A DNA stretch of 64,000 nt from an uncultured Clostridia bacterium (lineage in GTDB: Bacteria; Bacillota; Clostridia; Oscillospirales; CAG-272). Numbering within the stretch: position 1 is the first letter of the stretch; every line of letters starts with the position of its first letter. This document shows positions 19,153 to 27,943 of this stretch, in pieces. The notes below the pieces were generated by a model. The model did not search any database and was not told where the DNA came from. It worked only from the letters and a program-made list of their open reading frames with translations. Made by a program: the position numbers and the translations under genes. Location: NCBI GenBank assembly GCA_947630015.1, contig CANRFY010000001.1, forward strand, positions 9,894 through 73,893. Reading direction: 5' to 3'.

Positions 19153-22100
19153 ATGCTTTACAAGAAGAACAATTCCGCGCATCTTGACGATGCGCTGTTC
19201 GCGTCGCCGACATCGGAATATCGCGGCGCGCCGTTCTGGAGCTGGAACTGCGAGCTTGACCGCGACGAGCTTCTGCGTCAGATTGACGTACTAAAAAAGA
19301 TGGGATTCGGCGGATTCCATATGCATTCGCGCACGGGAATGGCGACGCCGTACTTATCGGACGAATTCCTCGATCTTGTGTCCGCGTGCGTTGAAAAGGC
19401 TCGCGCCGAAGGGCTTTATGCGTGGCTTTACGACGAGGACAGATGGCCGTCCGGCTCATGCGGCGGCAAGGTCACGCGCGAGCATCCCGAGCTTCGTCAG
19501 CGCACATTGACGGCGGAGCTTCACGCGCCAGACGGCGCGCTCGATAAGGACAAGGCTGTTAAAAGCGGCGCACCGTACATCGTCGCCGTGTTCGACGTGA
19601 TACAGAACGATCGCGGCGAAATGATATCTTTTGAAGCCGCGGACACGGATAAAGACGCGAAGGACGGCGCTGTGCGCTGGTATTTCAACTCGTACTGTCA
19701 GGGGTTCTCCGAGTGGTACAACAATTCCGCCTACATTGACACGCTCAATCCCGACGCCGCAGCGTCGTTTCTGCGCCTGACTTACGACGTATACCGCGAC
19801 AGATTCGGCGGCGACTTCGGCGGCATTATCCCCGCGATATTCACCGACGAGCCTCAGTTTGCATCAAAGCGCACGCTTGCGCACAGCCGCGCATCAGGGC
19901 GCGACCGCGCCGGATTCCCGTGGACGCCGCGTCTGCCCGTATTTTTCCGCGATAAATACGGCTACGACATCATACCGCGTCTGCCCGAACTCATACTTGA
20001 ACTGCCCGACGGCGGCGTATCAAAGGCGCGCTACGATTTCCACGACTGCGCGGCGGAGATGTTCACGCGCGGATACAACGATATGTGCGGCAAATGGTGC
20101 GCCGAAAACGGCATTCTCTTTACCGGCCATCTGATGGAGGAGCCGACGCTCGAATCGCAGACGCACGCCGTCGGCGACGCGATGCGCGCGTACCGCAATA
20201 TGCAGCTGCCCGGCATCGATATGCTCTGCAACCGCGTGGAGCTTACGACTGCGAAGCAGGCGCAGTCGGCGGTGCATCAGTACGGCCGCGAGGGCATGAC
20301 GAGCGAGCTTTACGGCGTCACGAATTGGGATTTCGATTTTCGCGGACATAAATTTCAGGGCGACTGGCAGGCAGCGCTCGGCGTCACCGTGCGCGTTCAT
20401 CATCTGTCGTGGGTGTCGATGGAAGGCGACGCGAAGCGCGACTACCCCGCCTCGATCAATTATCAGTCGCCGTGGTACGACAAATATTCATATGTAGAGG
20501 ATCATTTCGCGCGCGTAAACACCGCTCTGACGCGCGGAAAACCGATCGTGCGCGTCGGCGTGATACATCCCGTCGAGAGCTACTGGCTGAGATTCGGTCC
20601 GAACGATCTTTGCTCGCAGTATAAATCGCAGCTCGAGGAAAATTTCTCAAATATAACGAGATGGCTTCTGACGGGTTCGATCGATTTTGATTTCATCTGC
20701 GAATCTACGCTTCCTGATCAATATGTGAAAACGGACGCCGGTCTCGGCGTCGGCGAGATGACATACGACGCCGTGATCGTTCCGGCCTGCGAGACGATCA
20801 GGAAAACGACGCTCGACATCCTTTCGGATTTCAAAAACAGAGGCGGAGACGTCATATTCGCCGGCGACTCGCCGCAATATGTCGACGCTATGCCGTCCGA
20901 GGACGCAAAGGCGCTTTATAACAGATGCCGCCGCGTCCAATTCTCGCGCACATCGATCCTGTCGGCGCTCGACGGATACAGAACGCTTACGATCCGCAAC
21001 GCTAACGGCTCCGCCGCCGACAATCTCGTATATCAGATGCGCCGCGACAACGACTGCGACTGGCTCTTTATCGCTCACGTCGATCAGCCGTCGTGTCCCG
21101 ACGTATCGCATCCGCAGCGCATCACGATCGAGCTTCCGTGCGAATACGTGCCGGTCGTATACGATACGCTCACGGGCGAGATGAAGCGCGCCGATTATCG
21201 CCGCCGCGGCGGGATCACATATATCGATCATGTGCTTTACGCAAACGATTCGCTGCTCATGCGCCTCGATCGCTGCCTTGACGACGCCGTCGTCGGCGAC
21301 GTCCCCGTTGTTCGCCGCGACGTCGTTGACACGATCGATTTCCGCGCGCCCGTGGAATACGAGCTGTCGGAGCCTAACGTGCTGCTGCTCGATACGGCGC
21401 GATTCTCCGTCGACGGCAATCCTCTGTCTGAGGCGGAGGAAGAAATTCTTCGCGCGGACAATATATGCCGTCTGCGTCTCGGCATGGGAAGACGGAATCC
21501 GCGGCCTGCGCAGCCTTGGACTATAATCAAAAAAGCGCCCGAGCATACGATAAATCTCGAATTCTCGTTCGATTCCGAAATCGAAGTCGAGGGTGCGATG
21601 CTCGCGATCGAGCATCCCGAGCTTGCATCCGTCGTCTGCAACGGCGAAAATGTCGACACGACGCCCGTCGGTTACTTCACCGATAAATCGATCAAAACGA
21701 TACGTCTGCCGCGCCTCCACGTCGGCGAAAACAAGATCGGCGTGACGCTGCCGCTCGGAGAGCGGACGGCGACTGAATGGTGCTATGTGATCGGCGACTT
21801 CGGCGTTCGGCTGCAAGGCTGCCGCAAGCGCATCGTCCAAAAGGAGCGTTTGCTCGGCTTCGGCACGGTGACGTCTCAAGGACTTCCCTTCTATTCCGGC
21901 AACGTGACGTACAACGTACCGTTTGACTCGCACGGCGGCGTTTGCGAGGTACGCGTCAACGCATATCGCGGAGCGTTAGTATCCGTATCCGTCGACGGCG
22001 GCGGCGAGCGCATCATCGCATATGAGCCGTATACGGCAAATCTCGGAAAGATCGATGCGGGCGCTCATATGCTTAAGGTCACGCTTTACGGCACTCGCCA

Positions 22101-22254
22101 CAACAGCTTCGGTTCGCTTCATGCGACAGATTTCGGCAACAACTGGTACGGTCCCGACAAGTGGCGCACCGGCGGCGAGGGCTGGATGTACGAATACGGC
22201 GTGCGCGATATGGGCGTTATGGCAAGTCCCGTAGTCACCGTGTATTCGACGTGA
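19153..22254 (+). CDS. Large (1033 aa) putative glycoside hydrolase; family not assignable by eye
   Basis: The N-terminal YRGAPFWSWN...GFGGFHMHSR pattern is recalled from uncharacterised glycosidase-like proteins with a C-terminal jelly-roll. RBS AGGAGG; no signal peptide. Confidence 0.55.
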   Translation: MLYKKNNSAHLDDALFASPTSEYRGAPFWSWNCELDRDELLRQIDVLKKMGFGGFHMHSRTGMATPYLSDEFLDLVSACVEKARAEGLYAWLYDEDRWPSGSCGGKVTREHPELRQRTLTAELHAPDGALDKDKAVKSGAPYIVAVFDVIQNDRGEMISFEAADTDKDAKDGAVRWYFNSYCQGFSEWYNNSAYIDTLNPDAAASFLRLTYDVYRDRFGGDFGGIIPAIFTDEPQFASKRTLAHSRASGRDRAGFPWTPRLPVFFRDKYGYDIIPRLPELILELPDGGVSKARYDFHDCAAEMFTRGYNDMCGKWCAENGILFTGHLMEEPTLESQTHAVGDAMRAYRNMQLPGIDMLCNRVELTTAKQAQSAVHQYGREGMTSELYGVTNWDFDFRGHKFQGDWQAALGVTVRVHHLSWVSMEGDAKRDYPASINYQSPWYDKYSYVEDHFARVNTALTRGKPIVRVGVIHPVESYWLRFGPNDLCSQYKSQLEENFSNITRWLLTGSIDFDFICESTLPDQYVKTDAGLGVGEMTYDAVIVPACETIRKTTLDILSDFKNRGGDVIFAGDSPQYVDAMPSEDAKALYNRCRRVQFSRTSILSALDGYRTLTIRNANGSAADNLVYQMRRDNDCDWLFIAHVDQPSCPDVSHPQRITIELPCEYVPVVYDTLTGEMKRADYRRRGGITYIDHVLYANDSLLMRLDRCLDDAVVGDVPVVRRDVVDTIDFRAPVEYELSEPNVLLLDTARFSVDGNPLSEAEEEILRADNICRLRLGMGRRNPRPAQPWTIIKKAPEHTINLEFSFDSEIEVEGAMLAIEHPELASVVCNGENVDTTPVGYFTDKSIKTIRLPRLHVGENKIGVTLPLGERTATEWCYVIGDFGVRLQGCRKRIVQKERLLGFGTVTSQGLPFYSGNVTYNVPFDSHGGVCEVRVNAYRGALVSVSVDGGGERIIAYEPYTANLGKIDAGAHMLKVTLYGTRHNSFGSLHATDFGNNWYGPDKWRTGGEGWMYEYGVRDMGVMASPVVTVYST

Positions 22255-22315
22255 TACAGTATCGACAGTATCTTACAGTTTTCTTACATATCTATATTTA
22301 ATATATCAATTGCTA

Positions 22316-22343
22316 TTGACAAAAGGATTTTACGTGGTAAAAT
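22316..22343 (+). promoter_or_regulatory. Sigma-A-type promoter upstream of the GT2 synthase
   Basis: TTGACA-N16-TAAAAT with TGG immediately upstream of the -10 element. Confidence 0.55.
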
Positions 22344-22423
22344 AGTCATTGGCGTGTGCGGCACCGTGCGCTTGCGCGATGCCGCACATATTTATGAATT
22401 GTTACATACGAGAGGTTCGCCAG

Positions 22424-23695
22424 ATGTTTGCTAAAGTCATCGGATGGCTGTCGATTGCCGTTTTGATACTGACTGCATACCGGATCTTTTATACAATAGT
22501 CGGCCTGTTTTCCCGTTCAAAAACTTTTCCGGAAACTGACAGAAGACATACTTTCGGCATCGTGATAGCGGCGCGGAACGAAGCCGCCGTGATCGGACGT
22601 CTGATTGAAAGTATTTACGAGCAGGATTACGACCGCTCGCTTTACAAGATATTTGTCGTCGCCGACAACTGCACCGACGATACTGCCGAACTGTGCCGCA
22701 GCCTCGGCGCGATCGTATACGAGCGAAACGATCCGAACCACGCAAGAAAGGGATACGCGCTTCAACATCTGTTTTCGATGATCGACCGCGATTTCGGGAT
22801 CGAATGCGTCGACGGATATCTGATCTTCGACGCGGACAACCTGTTGAGGCCGAATTATCTGACTGAGATAAACAAGGCGTTCGATACGGGCGCCGAGGTA
22901 TGCATCGGCTATCGCAACGCCAAAAATATCGGCGAAAACGCCGTTTCCGCCGCATACGGCATACATTTCATGCGCGCAAGCTCGACATGGCACAGACCGC
23001 GTTCTCTGTTCGGTTTGTCGACGCACATCGCAGGCACGGGATGGGCCGTCAGAAGCAGTCTGATCCGCGACGGATGGAGCTGCACGTTTTTGACCGAGGA
23101 CACGGAATTCACGATGAAAAACGTCGCGGAGGGTCATACGATCGAATATTGCGAGGCCGCCGAATTCTACGACGAGCAGCCGCACGAGCTTTCAACAGCG
23201 CTCCGTCAGCGGACGCGCTGGATCAAAGGGCGTCTGTCGTGCTTTCTGCGATACGCGAGTTCCCTTGTTTTGGGGATGTTCTCGTTTAAATCGAAGGCAA
23301 AGACCCGCGTCAGCTGCTACGATATGTTTTTCTATCTGTTCCCGGGCGGACTATTCACCGCGCTGTTTTCGACGATGCCCGCCGTCGTACAGATCATATA
23401 CGACGCGATAGTTCAGGATTCGGTCGGCGAATCGTTTTTATCGGTCATGAAAACAGTCGCGATCTCGCTATCGCTCTACTGGATAGGCACCGTAATAACG
23501 GGCGTGCTGATCGTCATACGCGAACGCCGCCATATACACTGCTCGACGCCGCGTATTGCACTGCATCTTTTATTGTGGCCGTGGTTCGATCTTGTCGAGG
23601 TGCCGCTGTCGATACTGTCGCTGCTCCATCACGTCGAATGGACGCCTATAAAGCACGACAGACCCGTATCCGTCGAGGACATCGAATCACAGTGA
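22424..23695 (+). CDS. Membrane-embedded processive family-2 glycosyltransferase (beta-glycan synthase-like)
   Basis: N-terminal TM, FDADN (DxD), TEDTEF, QRTRW (QxxRW) motif and a C-terminal multi-TM region. ATG at 22424 follows RBS AGAGG. Confidence 0.8.
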   Translation: MFAKVIGWLSIAVLILTAYRIFYTIVGLFSRSKTFPETDRRHTFGIVIAARNEAAVIGRLIESIYEQDYDRSLYKIFVVADNCTDDTAELCRSLGAIVYERNDPNHARKGYALQHLFSMIDRDFGIECVDGYLIFDADNLLRPNYLTEINKAFDTGAEVCIGYRNAKNIGENAVSAAYGIHFMRASSTWHRPRSLFGLSTHIAGTGWAVRSSLIRDGWSCTFLTEDTEFTMKNVAEGHTIEYCEAAEFYDEQPHELSTALRQRTRWIKGRLSCFLRYASSLVLGMFSFKSKAKTRVSCYDMFFYLFPGGLFTALFSTMPAVVQIIYDAIVQDSVGESFLSVMKTVAISLSLYWIGTVITGVLIVIRERRHIHCSTPRIALHLLLWPWFDLVEVPLSILSLLHHVEWTPIKHDRPVSVEDIESQ

Positions 23696-23828
23696 TGCCC
23701 GTATAAAAGCATCATATAAAAACGCTCCGATCGCATCAGCTCGGAGCGTTTTCCGTTTCACAGGCGCGGCAGGCGCGGCATATAATGGAGCAATGACGAA
23801 TCGCGAAAAGAAAAAAGGAAGTATAGAC

Positions 23829-24047
23829 ATGAGATGTATTCTGCCTTTTATTTCGATGACGGCCGCGCAGAAAGGCAGCCGCATTTTAACAAGTGTAAAT
23901 ATTCCGCATAAAATCGTCGGCATCGACGCGAGTTTGACACGAAGAGGATGCGCGTATGGCATCGAGATCGCCTGCATATATGCCGACGCGGCCGAGACGG
24001 CGCTCAAGCACCGTCATATCCAGTATGGGGATCTTTTGACGATATGA
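23829..24047 (+). CDS. DUF3343-like small protein (putative S/Se carrier-like)
   Basis: About 72 aa. Size and position directly upstream of a class-V PLP enzyme match the DUF3343 context recalled from other Firmicutes. ATGA overlap with the next gene. Confidence 0.5.
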   Translation: MRCILPFISMTAAQKGSRILTSVNIPHKIVGIDASLTRRGCAYGIEIACIYADAAETALKHRHIQYGDLLTI

Positions 24048-25204
24048 AAAAGCTCATTTATTTTGACAATGCGGCGACGACGTTTCCGAAGCCCGAAAGC
24101 GTATACCGCGCAGTCGACGAATACGAGCGGAACAGATGCGGTAATCCGAGCCGCGGCGCGCATTCGCTGGCTATATCTGCGGCGGACGCCGTATACGGCG
24201 CGCGCGAGGCGCTTGCGGAATTTTACGGCGCGTCGCCAGAAAACGTCGTGTTTACGATGAATACGACATATGCGCTCAATATCGCAATCAAAGGCGCTGT
24301 AAAGTCCGGCGATCATATCCTCATAAGCGATCTTGAACACAACAGCGTGCTTCGTCCCGTCTGTGCTATATGCCGACGTCTCGGCGCGTCGTTTGATATA
24401 TTCCACGGCATCGGAAGCGAGGACGAAATTATCGCGGATATAGATAAAAAGCGCACCGATAAGACAAGGCTTCTCGTCTGTACGCATCAATCGAATATAC
24501 TTCCGATAACGCTGCCAGTCAAGGCAATTGCCGATTATTGCCGTGAGCATGGAATTTTTACAATCGTAGATTGTGCGCAGTCTTCAGGAATTGCCAAAAT
24601 CGACATGAGTCTAACGAAAATCGACGCGATCTGCGTCCCGTCGCATAAGGGATTTTACGGGATCCAAGGGAGCGGCGCGATCATTTTCGGCGACGGCGCG
24701 TGCGAAGATATCGGCACGCTGATCGAGGGCGGCAGCGGAAGCGAATCAATCCCTGTCGAGATGCCGTCTCATCTGCCGGATCGATTCGAGGCGGGGACGC
24801 TTCCCTCGCCTTCGATATATTCTCTTTCAAAGGGGATAGAATTTGTAAACGCGCGCGGCGTCGACAATATACGCGAACATGAGCGCGCCATCTGCGAATA
24901 TATAATGCGCGGGATGCGCGATATACGCGGCGTCACCGTATATAATAATGAAGCGGGTTCGACTCTGCTCTATAATATCGACGGGATAACGCCGAGCGAC
25001 GCGGCGTCCGCGCTCGACGGATACGGCGTATGCGTGCGAGCGGGGCTTCACTGCGCGCCGCTCGCGCACCGAACGATCGGCACATTCCCGACCGGCGCCG
25101 TCAGAGCATCATTCGGGGTGTTCAACACGATGAAAGAAGCCGCGCGGTTCCTCGATATCGTCGAGCATATCGCAGGTGGCGCGCGGCAAAAAAGGCTTCC
25201 GTAA
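24044..25204 (+). CDS. Aminotransferase class V / cysteine desulfurase-selenocysteine lyase-like PLP enzyme
   Basis: MKKLIYFDNAATTFPKP N-terminus and SHKGFYGIQGSG PLP-lysine region. Confidence 0.8.
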   Translation: MKKLIYFDNAATTFPKPESVYRAVDEYERNRCGNPSRGAHSLAISAADAVYGAREALAEFYGASPENVVFTMNTTYALNIAIKGAVKSGDHILISDLEHNSVLRPVCAICRRLGASFDIFHGIGSEDEIIADIDKKRTDKTRLLVCTHQSNILPITLPVKAIADYCREHGIFTIVDCAQSSGIAKIDMSLTKIDAICVPSHKGFYGIQGSGAIIFGDGACEDIGTLIEGGSGSESIPVEMPSHLPDRFEAGTLPSPSIYSLSKGIEFVNARGVDNIREHERAICEYIMRGMRDIRGVTVYNNEAGSTLLYNIDGITPSDAASALDGYGVCVRAGLHCAPLAHRTIGTFPTGAVRASFGVFNTMKEAARFLDIVEHIAGGARQKRLP

Positions 25205-25252
25205 CGAAAGCCTTTTAATTTTTATGCAGATGCAGAATATGTGCGCCGGAAG

Positions 25253-26014
25253 CTATAATATGCATTTGTATAAGAAGCTGTTGCCGCGCTTGCCGCATTT
25301 TTCCACAACTCCCTCGGCAGCAAGCACCGTCAGCGCGCAGTATGCGGAATTCTTATCTTTTAGAGCGGCCGCCGCATATTCCGCCGTCGTGAATTCGATC
25401 TCGCGGAGCTTATCCGGCAAAAACGTGAGAAAATCTTCTTTCTCGTCGAGGCAAATGATATCGAAAAGCCTGATCGGAATGCGGTCGTATCTGTGAGAGC
25501 CGCGTCTGCCGTCGCGGCTCCAACCGTCGCGATAGCGGTATTCGTCGATCTCCATCATCGGGAACCTGATGTGCAGATTCGGATCACCTATGCAGCTTCT
25601 TATATTGTAAAGCTCGCAAAGGCCGTCAAACGGCGTCATTTTTCGGGGCGAATTGCGCCTTTGCGATATGTCGCCAGTCTTGGGATCGATCCATGAAACG
25701 CTCTTTTTTGCGAAAAGCGGGTGAACGAGCGTCACCCTGCATTCGGGAAGAAACGCCTTCAGCTTGGCGAAAAGCGGGTTGAGTGCGCCGGTCTGTATCT
25801 CGATTATGCCGAAATCGTTCTTTATATCGGCGACGTAGCCGAGAAAAGGTATCTCCTGATGCGTCTTATCGGGATCGAAATAGTCCTTAAGCACCGTATG
25901 GATTCGTTTTTCATTGAGCGTTCCGATGCCCTCGCCCGAATCCTTTGCCTTATTATGCAGGTAGCATATGTTGAGAAAACGCGCCTGATTTGTTACTGTC
26001 GTCGGATCGAGCAT
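25253..26014 (-). CDS. Hypothetical protein with a PD-(D/E)xK-nuclease-like core and a C-terminal winged-helix-like segment
   Basis: E..(x)..VADI-x9-EIQT arrangement resembles a restriction-endonuclease-like fold. Its ATG directly abuts the BlaI-family stop (TAAATG). Confidence 0.4.
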   Translation of the reverse strand: MLDPTTVTNQARFLNICYLHNKAKDSGEGIGTLNEKRIHTVLKDYFDPDKTHQEIPFLGYVADIKNDFGIIEIQTGALNPLFAKLKAFLPECRVTLVHPLFAKKSVSWIDPKTGDISQRRNSPRKMTPFDGLCELYNIRSCIGDPNLHIRFPMMEIDEYRYRDGWSRDGRRGSHRYDRIPIRLFDIICLDEKEDFLTFLPDKLREIEFTTAEYAAAALKDKNSAYCALTVLAAEGVVEKCGKRGNSFLYKCIL

Positions 26015-26395
26015 TTATACGCGCGCCTGCAGCCAGCCGAGAAGCTCGTCGAAATGCTCCGCAGAAAGGCTTTCGTCGCCCGCGAGCGTATCGAGAAATG
26101 ACGTGATAGAATTGTTGTGGTACTGGCGGAGGAAGCGGCGCGTGAATTCCGTCATATACGGACGCTTTTCCACGACCGGAAAATAATGGCGCTCTTTGCC
26201 CGTTTTTTCGGATCGGATGAAGCCGCGCTCCTCAAGGCGGACAAGAAACGAAATTAGCGTCGGCGCGCGCCATCCCTTATCGTTGCCGAGAACCTTCATC
26301 AATACAGGCGTCGTGACCGGAGTCGGCAATTCCCATATCGCGCACATTACGTCAAATTCTGACTCAGGCAATTTTTTGAAAGTGTCGATTTCCAT
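26015..26395 (-). CDS. BlaI/MecI/CopY-family transcriptional repressor
   Basis: SEFDVMCAIWELPTPVTT...WRAPTLISFLVRLEERGFI winged-helix pattern. ATG at 26395 has RBS AGAGGA; the alternative start is 26434. Confidence 0.8.
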   Translation of the reverse strand: MEIDTFKKLPESEFDVMCAIWELPTPVTTPVLMKVLGNDKGWRAPTLISFLVRLEERGFIRSEKTGKERHYFPVVEKRPYMTEFTRRFLRQYHNNSITSFLDTLAGDESLSAEHFDELLGWLQARV

Positions 26396-26570
26396 TAGAC
26401 ATTCCTCTAAAATTTCATTTTCTATTTTAGGCATGAGTATATTATACGCTCGTCTAAAAACAATGTCAATAGAAAATTGTAAATTTTAGGGACTTATATC
26501 CGACATCTTATAGGGATTATATGGCAATATTGTTAAATTTGAGCATATACGGCAGAATTGCGCCGACAGA

Positions 26571-27344
26571 TCAAAGCCTGTCGAGCAGGCATTGTTTTAC
26601 GACCGCGAGGCACTCGCGCAGTACGTTCGGCGCGAACAGATACCACGTCGACATTCCGTGACAATGCGCCGCATCGTCGAATCCGGCAGATTCCGCGATG
26701 AAGCAAGCCCTGAAAACGTGATAATCGCTCGTCGCGACGACGATCCTGCATTCCCTGCCGAACCGTTCGTCAAGCAAAAGCTTCGCATACTCGAAATTTT
26801 CATACGTACTCGTCGACATCGTTTCTTTGATTATAACGCTCTCGTCAACGCCTTTTTCTATCAAATACCGCTCCATGGCGACGCTTTCGGGGATCGTCTC
26901 GCCTCTGCCCTGCCCGCCGGTCAAAACGATCACGGCATCGGGATTCTGCTTGTGATAATTCACCGCGGCGTCGAGACGGCGCTTCAGCGTCTCCGTAGGT
27001 GTGTCGCCGCGAAGCCCCGCGCCAAGCACGATAACGGCGTCTTCATCATACGACGCGTTGTCAAACGAGCCGTATATCACAAGAAACGACGCGAAGGCGA
27101 TCCCGCTAATGATGCAGATCAAAACGGCCGCGCGGCACCATTTCGTGACTTTTTGCCTGATGAAATCCCTGAAAACGCCGCATAATATCGAGAAAAACCC
27201 GAGGAAAATCACGACCGCGACGCCCGCGTTCATGCTCGACACGCACAGCACGAACGCCGCGTATGCGAGTATAGCGGCGCCGACCGCTACGGGAATATCG
27301 CGGCCGAGGTCTGCGCGCTTTTTGCGCTCGGCGGCAGGATTCAT
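26571..27344 (-). CDS. YdcF/SanA-like DUF218 membrane protein
   Basis: N-terminal TM helices, then VIVLGAGL and LTGGQG motifs. Confidence 0.75.
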   Translation of the reverse strand: MNPAAERKKRADLGRDIPVAVGAAILAYAAFVLCVSSMNAGVAVVIFLGFFSILCGVFRDFIRQKVTKWCRAAVLICIISGIAFASFLVIYGSFDNASYDEDAVIVLGAGLRGDTPTETLKRRLDAAVNYHKQNPDAVIVLTGGQGRGETIPESVAMERYLIEKGVDESVIIKETMSTSTYENFEYAKLLLDERFGRECRIVVATSDYHVFRACFIAESAGFDDAAHCHGMSTWYLFAPNVLRECLAVVKQCLLDRL

Positions 27345-27916
27345 AATATAAACTCGACGCTTCCGAGTTCCGTATCGTATATCGCGCCGATAACGGCGGC
27401 CCCGCCGCCGTTGATGTCGGCGGACAGTCCGAGCGATTCCGCCGCAGACTTAACGCCGCAGGCGACGTTTTGCCTGCACACCTCCGATTCGTCTTTTACA
27501 CCGCAGGCGGCGTCGGCGATCATTTTCGTTATCGATCCGACATAGCCGTGCGGCTCGTCGTTCACGGCTGAATGCACCGCGCCGCAATGAGTGTGTCCCA
27601 TAATGACGACGAGACTGCACCCGAGATGGGAAACTGCGTATTCTATGCTCCCAAGCTCGTGATCCCCGACTACGTTTCCTGCCGCGCGTATTACGAACAG
27701 CTCGCCGATGCCGGCGGAAAATATTGCCTCGGGAATAACGCGCGAATCCGAACATGAGACGATCACCGCATACGGCGACTGCCCGTTTTTTACAGTTTCT
27801 GCTCTTATATTCGGCGATACGTCGCCTCTCATAACGCCGGATGCGACAAATTCGGCGTTTCCGCGTCTCAATCTTTCAACGGCCTCGCCGGCGGTCATTT
27901 TATTTAGTTCGGTCAA
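27341..27916 (-). CDS. Beta-class carbonic anhydrase
   Basis: SCSDSRV and HTHCGA zinc-ligand motifs. Confidence 0.88.
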   Translation of the reverse strand: MTELNKMTAGEAVERLRRGNAEFVASGVMRGDVSPNIRAETVKNGQSPYAVIVSCSDSRVIPEAIFSAGIGELFVIRAAGNVVGDHELGSIEYAVSHLGCSLVVIMGHTHCGAVHSAVNDEPHGYVGSITKMIADAACGVKDESEVCRQNVACGVKSAAESLGLSADINGGGAAVIGAIYDTELGSVEFIL

Positions 27917-27943
27917 TGTGCAAATCCTCCTTTTATATATGTG

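Noticed and set aside
20647-21933. A 428-aa ORF antisense to the 1033-aa glycosidase gene. Similar long antisense ORFs occur at 43591-45366, 55173-56756, 32283-33737, 61031-62059, 3013-3942, 4038-4913, 47835-48716 and 38549-39307.
   Set aside because: Their translations are Arg/Ala/His-rich low-complexity sequence with no motifs and no RBS. The opposite strand carries genes with clear family signatures. Such open antisense frames are expected in GC-rich coding DNA.
22255-22300. Direct repeats ACAGTATC-G-ACAGTATC-TTACAG after the glycosidase gene.
   Set aside because: It is short (8 nt, two copies) in AT-rich intergenic DNA and could be chance. It shows no palindromic or phased structure, so I did not consider it strong enough to report as a site.
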